Source: Gammaproteobacteria bacterium
Lineage (GTDB): Bacteria > Pseudomonadota > Gammaproteobacteria > Ga0077554 > Ga007554
Length of the DNA: 64,000 nucleotides
Reading direction: 5' to 3'
NCBI GenBank assembly: GCA_040183005.1
Contig: JAMPIW010000007.1
Span: 798,188-862,187, forward strand
Every line of letters begins with the position of its first letter. Positions within the stretch are counted from its first letter, which is position 1. Of the stretch, positions 51,316 to 60,318 are shown piece by piece. The notes under the pieces were generated by a model. That model was given only the letters and a program-made list of their open reading frames with translations. It did no database searches and was not told where the DNA came from. Both the position numbers and the translations under genes were made by a program.

Positions 51316-51533
51316 AACTTATCCTTTTGTGTCCGGTCAAAATAAACGGTCACAATCCGCCACGGTTTAACCGTTTTATTATAAATCACGCGCAATACCC
51401 TATCGCTATGTTCTGGAATACGGCCCAAAGCATGACCCAATGCCGGGTCTTCCGGATCCGTTTCCATTCTTTGTGGGTTCGTCAATATGCGAGCCACCCA
51501 TTCCAGCAGGATTTCACGCTCAGCAATAACCAC
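51312..51533 (-). CDS. DUF4258-family small protein (toxin-like)
   Basis: 73 aa, …VLRVIYNKTVKPWRIVTVYFDR…. Confidence 0.6.
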   Translation of the reverse strand: MVIAEREILLEWVARILTNPQRMETDPEDPALGHALGRIPEHSDRVLRVIYNKTVKPWRIVTVYFDRTQKDKL

Positions 51534-51568
51534 TTTGGCATGAATTGTCTTATGTAAACGGGAAGCTT

Positions 51569-51760
51569 TCAGGTGACATAGTTATTACTAAACCGGGTGA
51601 TTTGAACGCCGGCACCAAAAATGCCCTCTGCGGTTTGCCGAATGAGCTGAACCTGTTCAAGTGTAAGATGCATTACAGTGGCATCACGTGACATAAACGA
51701 AAAAATGGGATCAAACTCGAATTCATTCGGTATGTCATTATCATTCAGGCTTGATTCCAT
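51569..51760 (-). CDS. Small hypothetical protein (63 aa) with EFDPIF motif; paralogue of 49849..50034
   Basis: MESSLNDNDIPNEFEFDPIFSFMSRDATVMHL…. Confidence 0.4.
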   Translation of the reverse strand: MESSLNDNDIPNEFEFDPIFSFMSRDATVMHLTLEQVQLIRQTAEGIFGAGVQITRFSNNYVT

Positions 51761-51783
51761 TTCCAGACCCGATCACCATACAA

Positions 51784-52248
51784 TCATGGCAGCGGATTTG
51801 CCAATTGTGGCTCTTCTATGCCAATTACTGGTGCCGCTGTGTTATTCGGTCGCCCAGAACCAACTTCACGCCGTAAGCTCTCGATCTCTCCCCGCAGCGT
51901 TTCGTATTCCACCATTTTACGCTTGAGAAAACGGACAGCGACACTGGCCTTTTCATCCATGCCCATTGGGGTAAGAAAATAAGCGTAGGCGGCCTTGTTG
52001 TTGCTGTTGCGGAAGTTTTTGGCTTTGATGAGGCCCTTGCCAATCAGCGCCTTGAGGCAATAGTTGGTTTTGCCCAGACTGACGCCGAGCACCTCGGCCA
52101 GCGCGCGCTGACTAATGTGCGGATCTTCCTGCAGCAGTTTCAGAATCTTGTAGTGGGTTTCGTCGTCGAGCATGGGGCGCATATGTTCACCGGATGAACA
52201 ATTACAGCAAATTAATCGGGACTGGTCAATTGAAATTTTATCCGCCAT
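51784..52248 (-). CDS. EPS-locus-associated MarR-family winged-helix transcriptional regulator
   Basis: [65 protein letters not shown] resembles the MarR-type regulators found beside exopolysaccharide/exosortase loci. The likely start is ATG 52182 or 52173. Confidence 0.65.
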   Translation of the reverse strand: MADKISIDQSRLICCNCSSGEHMRPMLDDETHYKILKLLQEDPHISQRALAEVLGVSLGKTNYCLKALIGKGLIKAKNFRNSNNKAAYAYFLTPMGMDEKASVAVRFLKRKMVEYETLRGEIESLRREVGSGRPNNTAAPVIGIEEPQLANPLP

Positions 52249-52254
52249 TTATTT

Positions 52255-53665
52255 ATATCGCCCCAGAAGTGTCCGGCAATTTCGCAAAGACGGCTATATA
52301 ACATGATGATGTTGAATAGGAAAGTGTGTGTTTAGGGGTGTCACCGACTTGAACGTGAATTTTTTGGGAAACTGGGGCTTTCCCCCCAGGAGTTTCCGTC
52401 ATGTATTCAGGCCAGTTGGTGTTCGCACAACTCATGGAGCATTTGCCCCTTCACACATTCCGTCGCTGCGTGCAGCGCTACCCTTCCAAATATCCCACCA
52501 AGACTTTTTCGCATCTCGATCAATTTCTCTGCATGGCGTTCGCGCAGCTGACTTACCGCGAAAGCCTGCGCGACATCGAAACCTGTCTGCGCGCCCACCA
52601 AGCCAAGCTCTATCACTTGGGCATACGAGGCAACATCGCCAAGAGCACGCTGGCCGATGCCAACGAGCAACGCGACCGTCGCATCTACGCGGATTTCGCG
52701 ATGAGCTTAATCCAGACCGCCAGAAAGCTTTACGCCAGCGACAGCTTTGCGGTCGAACTGGAACAGACGGTCTACGCACTCGATACCACGACCATCGACC
52801 TGTGCTTGAGCGTCTTTCCGTGGGCACGCTTCCGCTCCACCAAAGCTGCCGTCAAGATGCATACGCTGCTCGACCTGCGCGGCAACATTCCAACCTTCAT
52901 CCACATCAGCGATGGCAAGATGCACGAGGTCAATGTGCTCGATATCCTGATACCCGAAGCCGGCAGCTTTTACATCATGGATCGTGGCTTCACCGACTTC
53001 GCTCGCTGGTTCACCCTGCATCAAGCACAGGCGTTCTTTGTCATCCGTGGCAAATCCAATCTGCTCTTTCGTCGCGTCTACTCTCGCACCGTGGACAAGT
53101 CCACTGGACTGCGCTGCGACTTGATAGTCATGTCGTATTGGTCGCGCCATTCATCTCGCACCGTGGACAAGTCCACTGGACTGCGCTGCGACCAGACCAT
53201 TGCATTGACTGCTCGCAAGGCCAGCAAGGATTACCCGCAGCACCTGCGACGCATCAAGTTCTACGATGCCGAACACGACAGGTTTCTGGTCTTTCTGACC
53301 AACAACTTCGACCTGCCTGCGCTGACCATCGCTCAGCTTTATCGTTGCCGCTGGCAGGTCGAGCTATTCTTCAAGTGGATCAAACAGCATCTTCGAATCA
53401 AGCGGTTCTATGGCACCACCGAGAATGCAGTCAAGACGCAAATATGGATCGCCATCGCGGTTTACGTCTTGGTCGCCATCGTGAAAAAGCGGCTCAATAC
53501 CGAGGCTTCGCTTTACACAATCCTACAGATTTTGAGCCTGACTCTTTTCGAGAAAACGCCACTCGGTCAATTACTTAAAAATGCGGAGACGCAAATGAGC
53601 ATGCAGAAAGACAATAACCAATTGAATCTATTCAATTAAATTACCGGACACTTCTGATATCGCCC
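52255..53665 (+). mobile_element. IS4-family insertion sequence, intact copy, with 9-bp target-site duplication
   Basis: The 13-bp terminal inverted repeats CAGAAGTGTCCGG lie at 52264-52276 and, reverse-complemented, at 53644-53656. Direct repeats ATATCGCCC at 52255-52263 and 53657-53665 flank the element immediately. It holds a single 412-aa DDE transposase. Confidence 0.8.
52401..53639 (+). CDS. IS4-family DDE transposase
   Basis: The YRCRWQVELFFKWIKQHLRIK motif (IS4/IS5 Y-R-E-K region) and the DDE regions are present, at 412 aa. It contains an in-frame 24-aa insertion relative to the neighbouring copy. Confidence 0.85.
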   Translation: MYSGQLVFAQLMEHLPLHTFRRCVQRYPSKYPTKTFSHLDQFLCMAFAQLTYRESLRDIETCLRAHQAKLYHLGIRGNIAKSTLADANEQRDRRIYADFAMSLIQTARKLYASDSFAVELEQTVYALDTTTIDLCLSVFPWARFRSTKAAVKMHTLLDLRGNIPTFIHISDGKMHEVNVLDILIPEAGSFYIMDRGFTDFARWFTLHQAQAFFVIRGKSNLLFRRVYSRTVDKSTGLRCDLIVMSYWSRHSSRTVDKSTGLRCDQTIALTARKASKDYPQHLRRIKFYDAEHDRFLVFLTNNFDLPALTIAQLYRCRWQVELFFKWIKQHLRIKRFYGTTENAVKTQIWIAIAVYVLVAIVKKRLNTEASLYTILQILSLTLFEKTPLGQLLKNAETQMSMQKDNNQLNLFN

Positions 53666-53691
53666 AAAAAAACCGGAATCTGCTATATGAG

Positions 53692-55025
53692 CTCACTACT
53701 GTCCGGAGATTTCTTCGAATAGATTCAATTGGTTAAGCATTTGCGCATCCTCCTGACTGGGATTGATATTTGTAACAACTTGATTGAGTTGCGTTTTTTC
53801 GAACAGGGTTAGGCTCAGAATCTGTAGAATTGTGTAGAGTGAAGCTTCGGATTTCAGCCGTTTCTTGAGAATAGCGACGAGCACATAAACAGCGATAGCA
53901 ATCCAGACCTGTGTCTTGACCGCATTCTCGGAAGTGCCGAAAAACGCCTTGATCCGCAGATGCTGTTTGATCCATTTGAAGAACAGTTCCACCTGCCAAC
54001 GACAGCGATAAAGCTCGGCGATCGTCAGGGCAGGAAGATCGTTGTGTTGGTGAGAAAGACGAGTAACTTGTCGTTTTTGGCATCGAAGAACTTTACCCGG
54101 CGCAACTGGATCGGGTAATCCTGGCTGGGCTGAGGCCCGGTCAGCATGATGGTTTGGTCGCACCGCAGCCCGGTCGATTTGTCGACCGGATGGGAATAGA
54201 GCCGCCGGTACCGCAGGTTGGATTTGGCGCGAGTGACAAAGAAGGCCTGGGTCAGATGCAGGGCATGGAGCCGGGCGAAGTCGATATAACCCCGATCCAT
54301 GACGTAGAAGCTGCCGGCCTCGAAGGCGATCTGGTCGAGTATATTTACATCGTGGAGTTTGCCGTCCGAGACATGAATGAAGGTCGGAATGTTGCCCCGC
54401 AGATCGAGGAGCGTATGGAGCTTGACCGCGCCTTTGCGTTTGCGAAAGCGCGCCCAGGGGAAGAGTGCCAGGCACAGATCGATGGTGGTCGAGTCGAGCG
54501 CATAGACCGTATGCGTCAATTCCAGGCCGAAGCTGTCCTCGGCATAGAGCTTGCGCGCCGACTGGATCAGGCTGAGTGCGAAATCCTGATAGATGCGCCA
54601 ATCTCGGTTTTCGTTGGCATCCGCCAGAGTGCTGCGGGCAATGCCACCGCGAATTCCCAGATGGTAGAGCTTGGCGGAGTGCGCGCGCAGGCAGGTCTCG
54701 GTGTCGCGCAGGCATTGCCACCTTCACGGTGGCTTTCCCGGTAGATCAGTTGCGCGAAGGCCATGCACAGGAGCTGATCGAGGTGCGCGAAGGTGAGTGT
54801 CGGATAGCGTCCAGGGTACTTGGCCACGCAGCGTCGGAAGGTGTGCAGCGGCAGATGATCCATCAGTTGTGCGAACACCAGCTTCCCCGTATGCATTGAA
54901 CCACCCCCGGAAAAATCCAGTAGTTTCCAACACATTGAAATCGGTGACACCCATGAATATCATTTATTCGCTTTTTATCAGTCGGTTAAATCATGTTAGT
55001 CCGGAAATCTCCGGACAGTAGTGAG
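53692..55025 (-). mobile_element. Second, diverged and degenerate IS4-family copy in inverted orientation
   Basis: The 22-bp inverted repeats GAAATCTCCGGACAGTAGTGAG lie at 55004-55025 and, reverse-complemented, at 53692-53713. Its transposase is about 75-80 % identical to copy 1 but split over at least 3 frames. Confidence 0.7.
53696..54950 (-). pseudogene. Frameshifted IS4-family transposase
   Basis: Fragments 54567..54950 (N-terminal, MHTGKLVFAQLMDHLPLHTFRRC), 54025..54519 (middle) and 53696..54727 (C-terminal, YRCRWQVELFFKWIKQHLRIK) are each collinear with the copy-1 transposase. Confidence 0.75.
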
Positions 55026-55028
55026 ATC

Positions 55029-55334
55029 ATGGATGAAAATCCCGCCGCTGAAACCATCCGAAAACTTCACGCCCAAGACCTGACACACGCCAAAGAAAAA
55101 CTCTTCATGTTCCTCTCCGGCTGGCTCGGCGGCCCGCAACTATACGCCGAGAAGTTCGGCCATCCCCGCTTGCGCCAGCGGCACCTGCCCATCCCCATCG
55201 GAGAGACGGAACGCGATCAGTGGATGATGTGCATGACCCAGGCCATGCGCGACGTGTACATCGAAGAAAAGTTGCGCGAGCAATTGACAGCTGCGTTCTA
55301 TAAAACTGCGGATTTTTTGCGTAACGTCGAATAG
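55029..55334 (+). pseudogene. Group-II truncated hemoglobin (trHbO/GlbO-like), 5'-truncated by the IS insertion
   Basis: KEKLFMFLSGWLGGPQLYAEKFGHPRLRQRHLPIPIGETERDQWMMCMTQAM is collinear with the trHbO core (FL..YWGGP..Y…GHP.LR.RH..F.I…RD.WL.CM). About 20-25 N-terminal residues are missing. The IS inverted repeat abuts and supplies the ORF's first 12 codons. Confidence 0.6.
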
Positions 55335-55654
55335 CGCGTCGCAAGATCGCAGCTTGGGTAAAAACACAGCATTGCCCAACAGGAGCGCGTTCGATCGGCC
55401 TGCTTTTCCTCCAATTTGTGTAACTAACCTTACAAACCGTACAACAGCGATGCACGCCTGGCCTCCTGATTACTTAATAACAAGCTGAATAATATTGACA
55501 TTTTTATTTTGGCGCGTAGCTTGCTTTCGAGCAGGGAATCAAGATGCTCGAAACCTACCGCCTCATCCAACGGGAGCATGAGAAATTCCTTGCCGCCGCC
55601 AGCGTGGGCATCGAAAACTTTGCGCACTTTTATCAATTGATGAGGAGATTGACC

Positions 55655-56083
55655 ATGAAAACCAGCGCACGTAACCAGTTTTTTGGGAAAGTGGACTCTA
55701 TACGGAACGGCCCGGTCAATGCCGAAGTGGCGATTGCTCTGAGCAGTGGCGACATGATTTATGCCGTCATCACCCACGAGAGCGTGGAAACCCTGGATTT
55801 GAAGGCCGGTGATGAGGTCTGGGCCCTCGTTAAAGCACCCTGGGTAATGATTACCGAGGATGATCCAGGTCTCAAGCTGAGTGCACGAAACCGGCTCTGT
55901 GGAATGGTGACCCGCTTGATCCCCGGCGCCGTCAACACGGATGTCGTCATTACGCTGAATGGGAACAACACCGTCAGCGCCCTGATTACCAATGAGAGCG
56001 CCGAAAACCTGAATCTCAAGGAAGGGGGACGGGCCTGCGCAGTTTTCAAGGCAAGTAGTGTCATTCTCGGCATAAGCGCATAG
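55655..56083 (+). CDS. Di-Mop (tandem TOBE) molybdate-binding protein
   Basis: Two TOBE/Mop repeats (SARNQFFGKV…VxxxxGDEVWALVKAPWVMI; SARNRLCGMV…EGGRACAVFKASSVIL). GAGGAG RBS precedes ATG 55655. Confidence 0.75.
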   Translation: MKTSARNQFFGKVDSIRNGPVNAEVAIALSSGDMIYAVITHESVETLDLKAGDEVWALVKAPWVMITEDDPGLKLSARNRLCGMVTRLIPGAVNTDVVITLNGNNTVSALITNESAENLNLKEGGRACAVFKASSVILGISA

Positions 56084-56147
56084 GACAATTTATTTTTGTG
56101 AAATCCGATTTGATCTCGGGCAGATAAGGCTGAAAGGGGAAATAACA

Positions 56148-57529
56148 ATGTATTCAAAGCAAACTCACGTAAATCACAGGCTCATGGCGACGGCCTGTCG
56201 GGGTCTACCGTTACTACTTGCCGCCGTGTTTTCTCTTCGCCCAGCCCTTGCCGCTGACCCGCCGCCTGATCCGGAATCACGCGTCCGGGAGATGGAACGG
56301 CAGATGCAGGCACTGTCCAAAGAATTACGGGACTTTGTGGCCTTAAACAAAAGCAAAGGTGAACCGCTCTTGGGCGGATTCAAGGACGGCATCTACATCG
56401 AGGATGCCAGCGGCAACTGGAAGTTGCAGCTCAATGGCCGGGTACAGGCGGACTACCGGAACTATGCCCCGGATGCCTTCGCCGCAGACACCTTCAGCGT
56501 GCGCCGGGCGCGCCTGGGAGTGAAGCCTCGCCTTCCTCAAGCACTATGCCCTGCGGGTGGAGGGCGAATACGCCGGTAGTAGCACGGCACTCACATACGG
56601 ATATCTCGACTTCAACTGGTGGAAAGCGGCCCAAATCCGGATAGGGCAATTCAAGCCTAACTATGGACTGGAACGTTCCATGAACTCCAACTTTATTGAC
56701 TTCCAGGAGCGGTCGCTGGCGGACAGCCTTTTGGGCGCCACCTTTGACCGCGGCCTCATGGTCTACGGTACACCTCTCAAGGGTACGCACTATAGCATTG
56801 CAGTCGTCAGCGGCGGCGGCCCGAATGCTGACGATTCCAACAGTGCCAAGGACACCATGCTGCGCGCCACAGGCAACGCCGCCGAGTGGGCAAAATGGAA
56901 CAACACCGTGCTCCATGTGGGTGGCTTCTACGGCAGAGGAAAACAGGCAAACGGGCTGGCGACGCTTTCCGCCAAGACCGAAGCGTTGGGAACTGCTTTC
57001 TTCGCCACCGCCAACGCCTTCAGCAACGATATAGACCGCACTCGCGACGGGGCAGAGCTTGCCCTTGCCTATGGCCCGATGAAACTTCAAGGATGAATAC
57101 ATCCGTGCGGACTACCAGGGAACAAACTTCGAGCGCAGCCTTTCCGCGTGGTATACGAGCCTCACCTGGCTGATGAGTGGAGAACGCTATGCTGATTCCT
57201 ACAAAAACGGAGGGTTCGGCCGCATCAAACCAAAGCAAAACTTCGTCTTGCTTACGGAAGGAACTGGCGCCTTTGAGCTTGGGGTGCGCTACAGCCAGTT
57301 CGACGCCTCCGGCTTCACCATCGCCAATACTGCGGGGACGGGCCAGCTAAAGGCCGGGCTGACCAACGAGGCGAACGCCTGGACGCTGGGGGGCAAATGG
57401 ATTTTGAACCCGAATGCACGGCTTATGCTCAACTACGTGCGCACCAGTTTCCATACCCCAGTCACCCTCAACGGCAAGACAGACGGCCACGAAGATGCTC
57501 TCACCATGCGTGCGCAGTTGGATTTCTAA
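56148..57529 (+). pseudogene. Phosphate/anion-selective porin OprO/OprP family, interrupted by two 1-nt frameshifts
   Basis: Three consecutive ORFs (56148..56579, 56557..57096, 57173..57529) read through as one porin with a signal peptide, a C-terminal …TMRAQLDF and a terminal Phe. The frame breaks lie near 56520-56530 and 57090-57096. Confidence 0.75.
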
Positions 57530-57590
57530 GGTGCTGGCAATTCAAATTTTCCGGTTTTTATCGCATTATCCACTCTACCAGGAGCCAAAA

Positions 57591-58349
57591 ATGAAACAAA
57601 CCTTGTTCACGTTGCTTTTCTCGATGTCATTTGTTTTCAGTGCGCCCGGCATCGCCGAAACATTAACAGTGGCGGTTGCCCCCAATGTAAAGTACGCTTT
57701 CGATGATCTGCAAGCCGAATTCAAGAAGGAAACGGGCATTGACATCACTCCGGTATTCTCCTCCTCCGGCAAGATTACCGCGCAGGTCAGGCACGGCGCG
57801 CCATTCGATGTATTCATGTCGGCTGACATGGGGTTTCCGGAAACCCTCTACAAGGACAGATACACTGCCGGGCCTCCAAGAATCTACGCTTACGGCGCGC
57901 TTGTATTGTGGACCATGAAAGACCTCGACATGGGAAAGGGCGTTGAGCTCCTTAAGGACAGCATGGTTGAAAAGGTAGCAATTGCCAATCCCAAGATCGC
58001 GCCTTATGGCAAGGAAGCAATCAAGGTGCTTAAATATTACAAGCTCCATGACGCGGTCGAATCCAAACTGGTTTACGGCGAAGACGTTTCCCAGACCAGT
58101 CTATACATTGCCTCCCGCGCCGCGGATATTGGCCTCACTGCAAAATCCGTGGTCGTGTCGCCGGAGATGAAAGGCAAGGGTAAGTGGATCGAGATCAAGA
58201 AGGAGAGCTACGATCCCATCGCACAGGGCGCCGTGATCCTGAAACACGGCCGGCAAACCAACGCCATTGCTGCGCAGCGATTCCATGACTTTCTGTTTTC
58301 GCCCAAGGCCAGGGCGATTTTCGAACGCTACGGCTACGGCCTGCCATGA
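57591..58349 (+). CDS. modA: Molybdate ABC transporter substrate-binding protein
   Basis: It has a signal peptide and the sequence TVAVAPNVKYAFDDLQAEFKKETGIDITPVFSSSGK. AGGAG RBS precedes ATG 57591. Confidence 0.9.
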   Translation: MKQTLFTLLFSMSFVFSAPGIAETLTVAVAPNVKYAFDDLQAEFKKETGIDITPVFSSSGKITAQVRHGAPFDVFMSADMGFPETLYKDRYTAGPPRIYAYGALVLWTMKDLDMGKGVELLKDSMVEKVAIANPKIAPYGKEAIKVLKYYKLHDAVESKLVYGEDVSQTSLYIASRAADIGLTAKSVVVSPEMKGKGKWIEIKKESYDPIAQGAVILKHGRQTNAIAAQRFHDFLFSPKARAIFERYGYGLP

Positions 58350-58759
58350 ACCGGTTACGCGGCAGGATTGCGGCGATTGAATCCTCGGGGCAGTTATCGC
58401 TGGTGGATGTCGACGTGGATGGCGATACCTTCACCGCCATTATCGTCGAAACACCGGACAGCGCTGGTTACCTGAAACTGGGGGGCGAAATCCTCCTCCT
58501 GTTCAAGGAAACGGAGGTGTCGCTCGCCAAAAACCTGTCTGGCTTGATCAGCCTGCGCAATCGCATTCCGGCGTCGGTACAGGATATCGTGGAGGGCGAC
58601 CTGCTGAGCCAGGTGACACTGGATTACAAGGGAAATCGGATTGTTTCCATCATCACCAGCCGTTCCGTGCGACGATTGGAGCTGAAAACCGGCGACCAGG
58701 TAGAGGGGCTGGTGAAGGCCAATGAGATGACGCTGATGGAGTGCGATTGTGAACTATGA
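58346..58759 (+). CDS. Di-Mop (tandem TOBE) molybdate-binding protein
   Basis: NRLRGRIAAIESSGQLSLVDVDV… and SLRNRIPASVQDIVEGDLLSQV… are two TOBE repeats. It is translationally coupled between modA and modB. Confidence 0.7.
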   Translation: MNRLRGRIAAIESSGQLSLVDVDVDGDTFTAIIVETPDSAGYLKLGGEILLLFKETEVSLAKNLSGLISLRNRIPASVQDIVEGDLLSQVTLDYKGNRIVSIITSRSVRRLELKTGDQVEGLVKANEMTLMECDCEL

Positions 58760-59420
58760 ATGGCAACCGCTGTTTCTGACCTTCAAGCTGGCCGCAGTGA
58801 CCACGCTGATCCTGTTTGTCATCGGGGTGCCGTTCGCCTGGTGGCTTGCCGTCACCCGCTCCCGCTTCAGGCCAGTCGTGGAAACGCTGGTTAGTATGCC
58901 GCTGGTGCTGCCGCCCTCGGTGCTCGGCTTCTACCTGCTGCTCGCGTTCAGTCCGGAGCATGCGTTCGGCCGCATTGCTGAATCGGTATTCAATCTGCCG
59001 CTGGCGTTCACCTTTGAAGGCCTGGTGCTGGCCTCCATCATCTTCAGCTTTCCGTTCATGGTTCATCCGGTGCACTCCGGGTTCCGGAACCTGCCCGCCT
59101 CCCTCACCGAAGCGGCGTACACGCTCGGAAAATCGCGCTGGCAAACCTTCGTGCAGGTGCTGCTTCCAAACATCAAGCCGTCGCTGCTGGCCGGCGTGGT
59201 GCTGAGTTTCGCCCACACCATCGGGGAATTCGGTGTGGTGCTCATGATCGGGGGGAACATTCCAGGCCAGACTCGGGTCGCATCGCTCGCCATCTACGAC
59301 GAGGTGGAGAGCCTCAACTATGCGGCCGCCAATTTCTACGCGCTGGTGTTGTTTATCGTCAGTTTCGTGATCCTACTGGTCGTCTACATGCTCAACAAAC
59401 GCGGCTTAAGGACGCTCTGA
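58749..59420 (+). CDS. modB: Molybdate ABC transporter permease
   Basis: EAA-like loop (…SFAHTIGEFGVVLMIGGNIPGQT), 223 aa, 5 TM. Confidence 0.9.
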   Translation: MNYEWQPLFLTFKLAAVTTLILFVIGVPFAWWLAVTRSRFRPVVETLVSMPLVLPPSVLGFYLLLAFSPEHAFGRIAESVFNLPLAFTFEGLVLASIIFSFPFMVHPVHSGFRNLPASLTEAAYTLGKSRWQTFVQVLLPNIKPSLLAGVVLSFAHTIGEFGVVLMIGGNIPGQTRVASLAIYDEVESLNYAAANFYALVLFIVSFVILLVVYMLNKRGLRTL

Positions 59421-59422
59421 GC

Positions 59423-60298
59423 GTGATCGAGCTGGAACTCAAGAAACACCTGCTAACGTCGGACGGAGGGATCACCCTCGATGTCGGCTTTGCGGTGGCG
59501 CCGGGCGAATTCGTGGCTCTTTTCGGCAAGTCGGGGGTGGGCAAGACCACCCTGCTCAGGATCATCGCCGGACTCGACACGCCAGACGAAGGCAGGCTGG
59601 TCGTGAAAGGCGAAACGTGGCTCGACACCGCCCGGCGCATCAATCTCGCGCCGCAGAAGCGCGGTGTGGGGCTGGTGTTCCAGGACTATGCCCTGTTCCC
59701 CAATCTGACGGTGCGCGGCAACCTGGAGTTCGCGCTTGCCAACCGGAAGGAACGCGGCCATGTCGAAGAGTTGCTCGACCTGATGGATCTGCGCGAACTC
59801 CAGCACCGCAAGCCCTCGACCCTGTCCGGCGGCCAACAGCAGCGCGTGGCGCTGGCGCGCGCCCTGGTGCGAAGGCCGCGCTTGCTGCTGTTGGATGAGC
59901 CGCTATCCGCCCTGGATGCCGAAACCCGGCTGCGGCTGCAGGACGAAATACTGAAGATCCACACGGTTTTCAACATCACCACCCTAATCGTAAGCCATGA
60001 CCTCGGCGAAGTTTTCAAGCTGGCCAAACGGGTGCTGGTGATCGAGCAGGGCCGCATTGTCCGCACCGGCAGGCCAGCGGAGGTATTTTCGAATCGCAAC
60101 TTGAGCGGAAAACTGCAATTCACCGGCGAGGTGCTGGAGATCGAGCCCAGCGACGTGGTCTACACTGTGTCCGTGCTGGTGAGCAACCAGATCGTAAAGG
60201 TCATCGCCACGTCAGAAGAAGTCCACAACCTCCACATTGGCGACAAGGTCATGCTGCTATCGAAGGCATTCAACCCGATGCTGCTAAAAGTGGGTTGA
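59423..60298 (+). CDS. modC: Molybdate ABC transporter ATP-binding protein with C-terminal TOBE domain
   Basis: It has Walker A GKSGVGKTT, the LSGGQQQRVALARAL signature and a C-terminal TOBE domain. GTG start. Confidence 0.9.
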   Translation: MIELELKKHLLTSDGGITLDVGFAVAPGEFVALFGKSGVGKTTLLRIIAGLDTPDEGRLVVKGETWLDTARRINLAPQKRGVGLVFQDYALFPNLTVRGNLEFALANRKERGHVEELLDLMDLRELQHRKPSTLSGGQQQRVALARALVRRPRLLLLDEPLSALDAETRLRLQDEILKIHTVFNITTLIVSHDLGEVFKLAKRVLVIEQGRIVRTGRPAEVFSNRNLSGKLQFTGEVLEIEPSDVVYTVSVLVSNQIVKVIATSEEVHNLHIGDKVMLLSKAFNPMLLKVG

Positions 60299-60318
60299 AC
60301 ATGGATATAGCAAAAGTC

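Noticed and set aside
53085-53205. Possible CRISPR-like repeat
   Set aside because: Only two copies, inside a transposase coding frame, with no cas genes. It is a tandem duplication, not CRISPR. No CRISPR array was seen anywhere in the window.
52328-53578. 416-aa plus-strand ORF overlapping the transposase gene in another frame
   Set aside because: The frame 52401..53639 carries the IS4-family motifs and a sensible start. The alternative frame is Arg/Pro-rich with no family signal.
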